From positions 22,065,558-22,129,557 of the forward strand of contig NC_068986.1 of the NCBI RefSeq assembly GCF_001194135.2: a DNA stretch of 64,000 bases, given 5' to 3'. The position numbers were made by a program, and so were the translations under genes. This document shows, one piece after another, positions 1 to 11,182 of the stretch. The first letter of the stretch is position 1. Every line of letters starts with the position of its first letter. The notes under the pieces are model-generated. The model was not told where the DNA came from. It saw only the letters and a list, made by a program, of their open reading frames with translations, and ran no database searches. This DNA comes from Octopus bimaculoides. Its lineage: Eukaryota.

Positions 1-2309
1 TTGAAAATTGTCATGTGTTTAATGTGTTTGAGGGAAAGGCTATCACTCTATTTACACAAGTGTGCGTCTGTACACTATATTTTGGGTTGAGATGGTCTCT
101 TGCTACTTTATGTCTCACTTATAAGTGCACAGGATCTTCAAGCAATTCACAATTTGCCTAAAAACCATGTGCACCTACAGGCAAAACTCAGAGTAGCAGG
201 AGACTGACTGAACTAAACATAAAAATATTACTAATCTGTTATCCTATTAAATACTCTTTCTTCCAACAGTCTATATATATATATATACACACACACACAC
301 ATACATACACATATATATATACATATATCTATATCTTATATATATATTAATTACATTATGCAAAAGTATTTCATTTACTATACCCTAATGATCAAAATAT
401 TAAAAAAAAAACTCAACAAAGGAAGAAAAAAAACCATCAACTCAGTGTTTTTGTTCTATTATCTGTTTACGTGTGAAAGACAAGAAGTATCAATGATTCT
501 TTCCGAATGAAAGAATGGAAAAGGAATGTTGGGTTAGTCTAGTATAGTTAATGTTCGTTCAGTTTGAATTAATGCAAATTATTAATAAAAAAAAAATTTT
601 TTTTTTAAAGATGGAAAGGATTTCTTGGAAAACAAAAAACAAATGACTACCAAAAGAAAAGGAAAGAAAAAATGGGAATAATTATAAATGGAAGCAATTC
701 TTGGAATCATAGCTAAGTGTGCAGTCTGAGTGGTGTAACATGGCAAGGATAATAAGAGTTAACTGCATTCAATGGGTTTACAGAATGAGAGACAGAGAGA
801 GAGGAGGAGGAGGGAGGGAGGGAGTAGTATAGATAGAGTAAGCATATTCAGATGAGCGGGTGCTATTGTAGCAGTATTGGAAGAGATTGAAAAGCAGACA
901 CCATGCATATATTATGCTATCATGCATATGTCATGCTACTGCTGTATATTTTTGAAGAAGAAATTGCTGTGTGTGTTATGATGTTTGATTGACATAAAGC
1001 TTGTTACTGAAATAAATTTTAAAATTCTTTCATTTGTTATTGGTTATTGCTGTTGATATGCTAAATATTTTTGCATCAGAAATATTTAGCAAATAAGTCT
1101 AACATGCCATTTTAAATTATGATATATTTACATATTAATAATTAAAAAAAAAATCCATCAGTTTGCCTATTTCCTTTTTGCTCTCTCTCTCTCTCTCCAC
1201 TTGTTATAGTTCAGTTTTAAAAAACTTGCAGTAGTCACTATTTCAAGAAAATGTATTCTGAAACAAATTTATTCCAATAGATATAAAAAAAAAAAAAATT
1301 TTAATAAAAAAATTTTTTTAAATATTCTAATTACTTTTAAGTATTTCTCAATTACAATAAGATGTAATGTCGTATTTAATTTTCTTCTTTTTGTCTGTTT
1401 AATCTTAGAGATATATGTAATATGAATTAAACGATGAATTTGATGAAAGGATGGGTGAAAAAGTGGTCATCATCCACAGATTCTATGTCCATCTTTCTAT
1501 GCTGGCATGAGTTACAAAGACATTTTTTTCTTTCTTTTTGAAGTAATGGCTCTACCACTGAATGCCCTTCCAGATTGCAACCCTTTTAACTGACATGCAG
1601 AAATATGGTGCAAACCATCATAATCATCATCATCATCATCATTTAGCATCTGTTTCCTGTGCTGGTCTGGTTACGAAAGAATGTAACTTTTAAAATACAT
1701 GTTTCATCATGTGAAATAGCAACTCTTCATTATCATCATTTAGCATCATTGGATGATGTGACAGGATCCAGCAAGCCACAGGGCTGCGATGAGCCCCAAT
1801 GTCAGCTTTGGCAAGGTTTCTATGGTTGGATAACCTTCCTAATGCCAACTACATGACAGAGTGCTTTTCTTGTTGCAAGACAAGAAGAGAGCAGGAAAAG
1901 GAAAAAGAAAAGAAAAAGCTCCCTCAACAAAGTGGTGGTGGTGGTGGTGGTGGTGATGGTGGTGATGGGCGTATTTGAGAGGAGGAGTTGGTTTTATGCC
2001 ACATGTTGAAAGGCTACAGTATAATAGAAGGAGAAGTGCAGGTGTTTTGCTGCAGAGAAGATACTTGGTTACCCTGCATTTTAAAAGGGTGGATGGATGT
2101 ATCTGAGAAAGACGGTAGTAACGGGGTACAAGAAAGTAAGCATAAGAGAGGATATAGATAGTGGATCAAGGGGTTAGTTTCAGATGAGTATGGTTAATGA
2201 TATTTTATTGAAGTCTTATCATAATCACCCCTGATTTCCTGAATGGTTTCATTCAAAATATAACAAAAAGTTACTCAACCAGTTATGTTAGTCATACAAA
2301 ATATTTGAT

Positions 2310-3422
2310 TTTAATACAGTCGCTAGAATTCAAAGAGACAAATTGTGGACTGCAATGGTAAGAATCAATTCAGTAAAACTAAAAATTGAAATTTCTTGTA
2401 CATCTCAAAGTGAAAAACTATCTACTGTATGGAGTGAAGTTTCTTCTAGTTTCAGGGACAATTTTTGTTATACAAATAAACAATGAATGATTTACAAATT
2501 AGATTTTTAACCTTTCAATAATCTTTTCAACTGAAGACAGACCAAACCTTTAGTTTGACATGGGAAAGGTTGTGTGGTTAAGAAGTTTGCTTCTCAACCA
2601 CATGGTTTTGGGTTCAGTCACACTACAAAGTATACAGGGCAAGTGTCTTCTACTACACCTTCAGGCCAACCAAAACCTTGTGGGTGGATTTGATAGACAG
2701 AAACTGAAGAAAGTTTGTCATATATGTATGTATGAGATGATGATAATGGTGAGGAGTTAAATGACTGGAAAATATTTCTTCCTGGTTAAACACTTTGAGT
2801 ATCCAATTTTACAAAGAAATGTAACTATTAAAATACATGCTTCACAAAGTGAAATAACAAGTTTTTCTTCCCATTCACTAAAATAATTTTGCTTGATACA
2901 TTACCAAATGATTTCCTGACCATTTACTATTTTATCAAATATTATTCCCACATATAAATATACATCAAATAAAAGTTTTTCTTTTTATCTTTAAGATAAT
3001 GATACATCTTACTCTTTTGTTGTGGGTTCAACAAGACTAAATCAACCTCTAATCTTATTATCAGACATGCGAAACTAATCCAAGACCAACTAAGTTAAAA
3101 ACACTAAGATATAGGGATAAATACTTTGATACAAAAACCTTTCAAAATCAAAAAATACCTTTTTAAGATCTATAATCCAGATCAATTTGGTAAGCGTTTT
3201 AATACAATCACTAGAATTCAAAGAGACAAGTTGTGGGCAGCAATGGTAAGAATCAATTCAGTAAAATCGAAAACTGAAATTTCTTGTATGTCTCAAAGCG
3301 AAAAACTACTGTTTGGAGTGAAGTTTTTTCTAGCTTCAGGGACAGTTTTTGCTATACAAATAAACAATGAATGATTTGTAAATCAGATTTTAAACCTTTC
3401 AATAATAATCTTTTCAACTGAA
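2310..3422. repeat. Old local direct duplication (2310-2535 and 3198-3422)
   Basis: Two ~225-bp copies (aatac..ctagaattcaaagagacaa..cttttcaactgaa) show many substitutions and a 4-nt indel. Confidence 0.9.
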
Positions 3423-4217
3423 TCAAAGGTTGAATCTGCTGAGACTTGTTTTCATTCTCTAACTTGGAATACCATAAAACATTCAGATTCTTAGGTGTAT
3501 ACCACACAAAGACTACAGTAGAAAGAGGTTTAATTCCAAAGTAGAAACAAGCAGGTTATTAAACAGCTATTGTTCACGTTTATATGAGTATATCATGTCT
3601 AATGTCAATGAGTTGAGGCTGAAACAGAGCATGTCAAAAAAAAAAAAAAACATTACATGAATCAGACTTAGTTAATGACTTGACTTCTTTCTTAAGGTTG
3701 TTATGTAGGAAAGGGGTGAGGTGGGGAGAAAATTAAAAGTTTTTTACTATATTAAATTAAAACATATTTTTCAATGTAGCTGTTTGAAATTAAAATGGTC
3801 AAGGAAAGTAAATTGAAAATATTTTGATAACTAGGAAAAAGTATTAGAGACACTACTACTTATGTTTACATGTTGTTTTCATATATGTTTCAATGTTATG
3901 GTGTATCTTAGGAGGGTCATTATGCCAACGACAAACACATGCACTGGTTTTATTTAACTTCTCTCGTTATTTGTCAATCAGTTAACCAATTAACCAAATG
4001 ATTGCTTAAATTAATTGCTCAGTTACTCAACCAATCAGTTAGGCTTGTCCAAGTCCTTTCATTGCCACTTGCAATCTTATCAATGATATATGCCCACTCA
4101 TTCCAGGTATGCTTCAGGTTAATTGAATGTTAATTCACATCATATTAATATCTATTATCCTTAATTTCTATTAGTATCTTTAATGGGGTTTCTTCTGTGG
4201 TCCTATCTTATGATCTC

Positions 4218-4282
<65 letters not shown>

Positions 4283-4745
4283 NNNNNNNNNNNNNNNNNN
4301 NNNNNNNNNNNNNNNNNNNNNNNNNNNNNNNNNNNNNNNNNNNNNNNNNNNNNNNNNNNNNNNNNNNNNNNNNNNNNNNNNNNNNNNNNNNNNNNNNNNN
4401 NNNNNNNNNNNNNNNNNNNNNNNNNNNNNNNNNNNNNNNNNNNNNNNNNNNNNNNNNNNNNNNNNNNNNNNNNNNNNNNNNNNNNNNNNNNNNNNNNNNN
4501 NNNNNNNNNNNNNNNNNNNNNNNNNNNNNNNNNNNNNNNNNNNNNNNNNNNNNNNNNNNNNNNNNNNNNNNNNNNNNNNNNNNNNNNNNNNNNNNNNNNN
4601 NNNNNNNNNNNNNNNNNNNNNNNNNNNNNNNNNNNNNNNNNNNNNNNNNNNNNNNNNNNNNNNNNNNNNNNNNNNNNNNNNNNNNNNNNNNNNNNNNNNN
4701 NNNNNNNNNNNNNNNNNNNNNNNNNNNNNNNNNNNNNNNNNNNNN
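4283..4745. other. Assembly gap (N run)
   Basis: The other gaps are 13464-13776, 19287-19415, 20920-21319, 27873-27965, 29725-30186, 48948-49260 and 56429-56581. Most abut microsatellites. Confidence 1.
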
Positions 4746-5579
4746 CAAATGATTGCTTAAATTAATTGCTCAGTTACTCAACCAATCAGTTAGGCTTGTC
4801 CAAGTCCTTTCATTGCCACTTGCAATCTTATCAATGATATATGCCCACTCATTCCAGGTATGCTTCAGGTTAATTGAATGTTAATTCACATCATATTAAT
4901 ATCTATTATCCTTAATTTCTATTAGTATCTTTAATGGGGTTTCTTCTGTGGTCCTATCTTATGATCTCATATATATATAAATATATATATATATATAAGT
5001 GTGTGTGTGTGTTTCCACTAGGAAAGGAATGCAAGCATAAATTTTCTGCTTCAGTTATTTAGGCAGATTTATCTATTTAATGAAAACTTCAAAACCATAA
5101 CAATATTTACAATCTGATTGTCACCAACCAAACAAAACGGAAACAACTGTCCAAAGAGTAGCAAGAAAGAACAGAAACCCATTTACGATGTCTGATAAAA
5201 GAAAAAAGATTACAATTCATGCAATTTATTGTCATAAGTTCCTTTGCTTTGTTTGCAACATGTTAATAATAATAGATATGATACAATGAGAATAGTGAGC
5301 ATCATTGTAAAAGCTAATAGAGTTTAAGAAGCAGTCCATCAAGCAAATGTTGATGTAGGGAATTAAAAATGTGCTGCAGTAGCAAAGCATTATTATATGA
5401 ATACCATCTTGCTTTAAATGAAAGCTCATAACATGACATGACACATAGTTTATCATACACACACACAACAGGCTTCTTTCAGTTTCCATCTACCAAATTC
5501 ACTCACAAGGCTTTAGCTGGTCCGAGGCAATAGTAGAAGACACTTGCCCAAGGTGCCATACTGTGGGACTAAACCCATA

Positions 5580-5580
5580 A

Positions 5581-5644
<64 letters not shown>

Positions 5645-5812
5645 TCATCATTTAACGTCCGTTTTCCATGCTGGCATGGGTCGGCTGGTTTGACTGAGGT
5701 CTGGAGAGAGCCAAGTGGCTGCACCAAGCTCCAATCAGATCTATTTCTACAGCTGGATGCCCTTCCTAATGCCAACCACTCCAAGTGTGTAGTGGGTGCT
5801 TTTTTACGTGCC

Positions 5813-5877
<65 letters not shown>
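5580..5877. repeat. Compound microsatellites (CA)n(TA)n and (TG)n flanking a SINE
   Basis: Seen directly. Similar tracts lie at 1933-1966 (GGT), 4220-4282, 17530-17600, 19135-19192, 29680-29724, 63400-63495 (ATT/ATC) and 63820-64000. Confidence 0.95.
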
Positions 5878-5878
<1 letters not shown>

Positions 5879-6039
5879 TAAGCTTACTTCCCAACCACAT
5901 GGTTATGGGTTCAGTCGCACAGCATGGCACCTTAGGCAAGTGTCTTCTACTACTGCTTCGGGCCAACTAAAGGCTTGAGTGAATTTGGGAGATGGAAACT
6001 GAAAGAAGCCTGTCATGTGTGTGTTTGTCTGTATACATA

Positions 6040-6367
6040 TATATTTATATATATGTTTTTATCCTCTCTCTTTATTTTCTCGTGTTTTTTTCTGTTGAAG
6101 ACTGTAGGCTTGAAACGTAAAAGGCTTTCCCACCTACCCGAGCATTAAGCTAATACACCTGTTTGTTGGTACACTCTCGGAGTGGTTGGCATTAGGAAGG
6201 GCATCCAGCTGTAGAAACTCTGCCAGATCAGATTGGAGCCTGGTGCAGCCATCTGGTTCACCAGTCCTCAGTCAAATCGTCCAACCCATGCTAGCATGGA
6301 AAGCAGACGTTAAACGATGATGATGATGACATCTGTCTTCGTCTTTTGTTTTTCTGTAAATTCCAAC

Positions 6368-6380
<13 letters not shown>
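6040..6380 (+). mobile_element. Penelope-like pLTR remnant interrupted by a family B SINE
   Basis: It contains CTGTTGA-AGACTGTAGGCTT-GAAACGTA-AAAG (6092-6123). The pyrimidine-rich body resumes after the SINE at about 6329. Confidence 0.4.
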
Positions 6381-6399
<19 letters not shown>

Positions 6400-7880
6400 T
6401 ACTAAATAGCTCTCACTGCCAAATGGCATATCAAAACTTCAGAAAACTATTCTAGTATCTCAGCAACAGAGCTTCTATGCAGCCTCCAACCTGCATAAAA
6501 CACCAACCAAACTCCCTCCAAAGTGCACCCTATTATCTTAGAAAGGGATATATTGGATAATTTGGCCCTGGTGACACTGTACTTGGAACAATGATGGGAT
6601 GGCTATGGCTGGATTGCTTTTGATTATATGTCAATTAAATTACAACTGACTCAGGACTAGCAACAACCCTGAACATTTTTCTTATAATTAGGATTCAATA
6701 AGTACAATCTTAGTTCCATAAAAAATGATAAATAGTCACATAAATAAATTTCCTATTGTACAAACAACACACACAAAAAAAAAAAAAATCACCATCGTGT
6801 TACTACCACAATACACACAAAAGACAAAAGTTTGAAGCATTATATACAACACAGAAAAGATCTAACAACTCCAGTGAAAAGATAACTGAAAACATTATTG
6901 CTGCAATGCAACAGATCTGGTTTATTATCATGGTCTATGCCAATTCTGACTGACCTTCCTTCTTTCAAATACAAATGAACAAAATATTTAAAACAATGCT
7001 TCTCCTTGCCACATCAAGTTACATTCATACAAACAGTGATGCTAGAATATCTAGCCTTAAAGACTACAAAAGCATGTGACCAGCACAGTTTTATGGCTGT
7101 AGACTGCTACAACTTATCAAACAACTTCATGTTTAATAATTCGCAAGCACCTAGGTGTTTAACACATAAACTAACCAAAGATGGGGGCCTTTACGTGGTC
7201 GCTTGACCAGCTAGAAATAGCAGCTAAATCTCCCTCGAACCACATCTCATCGCCTTAGGAAAGGCAGGTCACACTTGTTAATGTAAGTCTAGATTAGGTA
7301 TACATGTCTGAAAATAAGACTGAATGGTCATGGCTGGATTGATTTTGATCACAAATCAGTTTAGTCACATAGAAATGAGACTAAACAAAACTAATACTTA
7401 GAGCAGGCATGGTTGTGTGGTAAGAAGCTCGCTTCCCAACCAAATAGTTATGGTTTCAATCCCACTGCATGGCACCTTGGGCAAGTGTCTTCTACAATAA
7501 ACCCCAAGCCAACCAAAGACTAGAGAGTGGATTTGGTAGACAGAAACTGAAAGAAGCCCATCATGCACGTATGTGTGTGTGTCTTTGCGTCTGTGCTTGA
7601 GCCCCACTGCTGCATGACAACTAGTGTTGGTATGTACACATCCCTGTAACTTTTGGCAAACTGCTATTTAGCAAAAGAGATCTCAGAATAAGTACCAATG
7701 TTAAAAAAAAAGTTCTGGGGTAGATTCATCATCATCATCGACATTTAACGTCTGCTTTCCATGCTGGCATGGGTTGGACAGTTTGACTGAGGCTGCACCA
7801 GGCTCCAATCTGATTTGGTAAGGTTTCCATGGCTGGATGTTATTCCTAATAACAGACCATTCCAAGAGTGTAGTGAGTGG

Positions 7881-8047
7881 TTTTTACATGCCACCGGCAC
7901 AACTGCCAGTCAGGCAGCACTGGCATCGGTCACACTCAAATGGTGCTTTTTATGTGCCACCGGTACAGCTGCCAGTCAGGCAGCATTGGCATTGGTCACA
8001 CTCAAATGGTGCTTTTTATGTGCCACTGGGATGGGTGCCAGTCAGGC
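7881..8047. repeat. 66-bp tandem repeat (about 2.5 copies) inside a family B SINE
   Basis: The unit tttttacatgccaccggcacaactgccagtcaggcagcactggcatcggtcacactcaaatggtgc starts at 7881, 7947 and 8013. Confidence 0.9.
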
Positions 8048-8719
8048 GACTAAAACGTCTTCAAGGTGGTGTCCCAGCATGGTCAGTCTAATGACTGAAA
8101 CAAGTAAAAGATAAAAGTCATTTCTCCATCAAATTCAATAACTGTAAAAATTAACATTCTCTCTCAATGTCCACACATAAACCTCGAAAAAACTAGATCC
8201 ACTTTACCTCCAGTGACATCACTATTAGTCAATAGAATATCAAGACAGGCAGTTGCTCAAGCTGCTAGAAACAACAACCAAATCTTTCAAATCAGTCCCT
8301 ACTATATCAGAATTATTGAATCATGTATCCTTTATATATACTATGCCTTAAAAACAAAAGGCAAGGACAGTCATAATTTGGGTGCCTTCATTTATAGAAG
8401 CCTGCTAACCTAGGGTTAAATAGCAATAGGTGTAAAATTAACCAAGCAGAAAATTCAATGCAAATGCTTAGTTTAAAATAGTGCACTTCCTCTAACCAAC
8501 AACTTGCATGACACAATGCACAATGTAAATCCAGATACATTCACTGCATTGAATATGTTAGTTACTTCCAAGTGTTTAATCAGCTAATCTCCATGCTCTA
8601 AGTCTGACCAAGCAGAGTTATGACTACTCAATAACAACATTTATATTATTCAGTGACAGAGGTTCAATTAACAGCAAACAGTAGCTCTGCAAACTGCTGG
8701 AATGTCTAACTGATATACT

Positions 8720-8922
8720 CTCTTTTACTCTTTTACTTGTTTCAGTCATTTGACTGCGGCCATGCTGGAGCACCGCCTTTAGTCGAGCAAATCGACCCCA
8801 GGACTTATTCTTTGTAAGCCTAGTACTTATTCTATCAGTCTTTTTTGCCGAACCGCTAAGTTACGGGGACGTAAACACACCAGCATCGGTTGTCAAGCGA
8901 TGTTGAGGGGACAAACAAACAT

Positions 8923-8976
<54 letters not shown>

Positions 8977-9133
8977 GACGGGCTTCTTTCAGTTTCCGTC
9001 TACCAAATCCACTCACAAGGCTTTGGTCGGCCCGAGGCAGTAGTAGAAGACACTTGCCCAAGGTGCCACACAGTGGGACTGAACCCGGAACCATGTGGTT
9101 GGTAAGCAAGCTACTTACCACACAGCCACTCCT
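8720..9133 (-). mobile_element. Full-length tRNA-derived SINE, family A (internal microsatellite, AAAAGAGT tail)
   Basis: The head is ggagtggctgtgtggtaagtagcttgcttaccaaccacatggttccgggttcagtccc, followed by ccttgggcaagtgtcttc, an internal (TA)n/(TG)n run and a tail. Other copies or fragments are at about 2565-2735, 5450-5585, 5880-6030, 7401-7740, 21325-21585, 24475-24910, 29200-29380, 29540-29724, 31130-31490, 32285-32640, 48535-48900 and 50320-50485. Confidence 0.9.
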
Positions 9134-9211
9134 ACACCTATATTAAGTTTGTTTTCAAATAAGAAACTTCATGAGTATTTGTATTGTTTTGAAAAATAAA
9201 ATGATACTTAC

Positions 9212-9248
9212 TTTTATTCAACTTTTCTAGTTGTAAGTACAAAGGATC
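9212..9248 (-). CDS. Candidate 37-nt internal exon of an unidentified gene (DPLYLQLEKLNK if read in frame 0)
   Basis: It has a branch-like CTGAT, a strong acceptor (ttttcttttctttctcag) and a perfect donor (A|gtaagt). Only one frame is open throughout. No homolog was recognised and neighbouring exons were not established. Confidence 0.3.
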
Positions 9249-9564
9249 CTGAGAAAGAAAAGAAAATCAGGTAACATGTACATCAAATAACACAATTCAA
9301 CAGTACAGGTAGTCATGAAATAATTTGCTTGCACAAAAACAGGATATGTTATAATAAAGGAAAAACAACAGATTTTAAACAGAAACAATAACCAAGCGAT
9401 TGATGAAATGCAGAATTATGTGGCTGATATACTTCCTAAGCCCTCATTTATATCTTAAAATATATTTAACATACTGTGACTTTATCACTAGTAAAAATAT
9501 ACCAACCATATGTTTCAATTGATTGGTCAAAAACTGAAAATTTTAAAAAGGATTGTTTGTTTAA

Positions 9565-9742
9565 CCCTTTAGCATTCAGATTACTCAGTCAAGTGTATCT
9601 TGTAGCTTTGAGATTTCAATGATGTGATTGTTTATTTCTAAAATGACATTGTAGGGGAGGTGCAAAAGGATGGATCTGATCAGTTTGAACATAAAACAGG
9701 TAGAATATTGGGTCAGGTATGGCTGGTTTAAATACTACAGGG
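9565..9742. mobile_element. TTAA-flanked piggyBac-type MITE (family 2)
   Basis: It runs TTAA|CCCTTTAGCATT ... AATACTACAGGG|TTAA. Related copies or fragments lie at 35120-35339, 61637-61675 and 62960-63040. Confidence 0.75.
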
Positions 9743-9865
9743 TTAACGAGCAGCTGTTTGGAATCTAATAATCAAAAGATTCTGAGATATATAAAAAGGA
9801 GGGTGGGACTACCATGGAACTTTCACCTAAATTTTTGCATTATCTTTCATAAGATTTTAGTTTAA

Positions 9866-10287
9866 CCCTTTTGGCACCAACCCACTCGAGAACATCCATG
9901 ATTCTATGATACAAAGTTCATGCTTTAAAGTGGCCAAAATTAAAACTCTTCATCAAAATTCCATGTTATGTTCCAAATAACAGTTTACAAGAGGATGCTG
10001 AAAAGTTCCAAGCTTTAAGGGTATCGCAGAAAGCCTGGTTGGAGGCCCAACCATCCAAGTTCTTTTACAGGGCTTAAAAAAACTGAAGGACCACTGCAAT
10101 AAGTGTGTGTCTGAGAAGAGAAAATCATAATTAACTGATCCTCTTGTATTTTCTTTTACCCAAAGCCAGGAACTTTTCAGCACCCCCTCATAATAACTAC
10201 AAAGTTATATTACTAAAATCTTTACCATTTTCTAAATTAATTGAAACAAAGGAAGAATATTTTAACAAAAATATGATAATGAAAAGG
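9866..10287. mobile_element. TTAA-flanked MITE carrying a nested mariner-type MITE
   Basis: It runs TTAA|CCCTTTTGG ... GAAAAGG|TTAA and is interrupted at 9988-10190. Confidence 0.7.
9988..10190. mobile_element. Mariner-derived MITE (203 bp), TA TSD
   Basis: It runs TA|CAAGAGGATGCTGAAAAGTTCCAAGCTTT ... AAAGCCAGGAACTTTTCAGCACCCCCTCA|TA. The roughly 29-bp imperfect TIRs resemble mariner TIRs. Confidence 0.8.
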
Positions 10288-11182
10288 TTAATTTTTTTTT
10301 AAATCACATAAATATAGGTACTTTTCAGTGATTTGCTCTTGGACAGGTTAATATAAAAAAACTCTTAAATATGTGGAAGATACCAGTAATATAAACCATC
10401 TAATTGATTAAAATATTGACTGAGATTTCAACGCTCACCACTGAAAATTATTAGACTTCAGCATGTAGAAAAGAAATTAAGTTTACTGAAAATAATAATT
10501 TGTAGCATTGTACAATTCAGACCAATATACAGACTGAGATCAGAGAAAAGGATGTTCTATCTTATTTCATTTTTTAAATTTTATATTGTATTTTGTAAAC
10601 AATAATAGTCACTGATTACAAGTTTCCAGCATCTCATTTATAGCATTTACAATGCCAAGAATGTCAAAGGAATATCTTTCTAACTTGGGCGGAAATAGAT
10701 ACCAAAGAGCAATTTTGTTTGAAAGTACCATTTTGTCATTTTTCTTACTGACATTTATGGCTTTCATTTGATATACATGTATATGCATGTACACACATAC
10801 CTTTTCTACCTTGGGACCTCAACTCTGGATGGAGCTGTAGGGGTGCATCATATATATATATGGTATGTCTTGGGTGTTTTAAAATTGGCTGAACAAATCC
10901 CTCTTCAGGTCTAAATGAGAAGCTATAGGAGGAGGGAGGGAGTGAGAGAGATGGTTAGTAATAAAGGAGAGATACAGTGGTATCTACTGTAACACAGACA
11001 CTTTGATGGGAAGGAGACAGTAAGAGAGTAGGGATACACATCGAGGGGAGTAGTAAAGTTGGACTGGAAGAAATAATTAGATTACTGGAATCAGTGTGTG
11101 TTAGAATCACTAAAATGTACTGACTGGCTACAAATAAGATGTAAGACAATGACTAATTTAAAAATTATCAAATCAAATTTAA

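Noticed and set aside
3995-4997. Identical ~250-bp direct repeat on either side of the first N-gap (3995-4240 vs 4746-4997)
   Set aside because: The copies are base-identical, flank a gap and end in the same (TA)n tract. This is most likely an unmerged contig overlap or two alleles, not a real duplication.
7881-8047. Regularly spaced repeats here and at 60.8-61.3 kb resembling CRISPR arrays
   Set aside because: These are whole-unit tandem repeats without unique spacers, there are no cas genes, and the context is eukaryotic.
8208-8264. In-frame TGA (T-A-U-A-T-A-C) if spliced to the 9212-9248 exon, suggesting selenocysteine
   Set aside because: The context matches no selenoprotein motif I know and no SECIS was identified. 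An ordinary stop or a non-exon is more likely.
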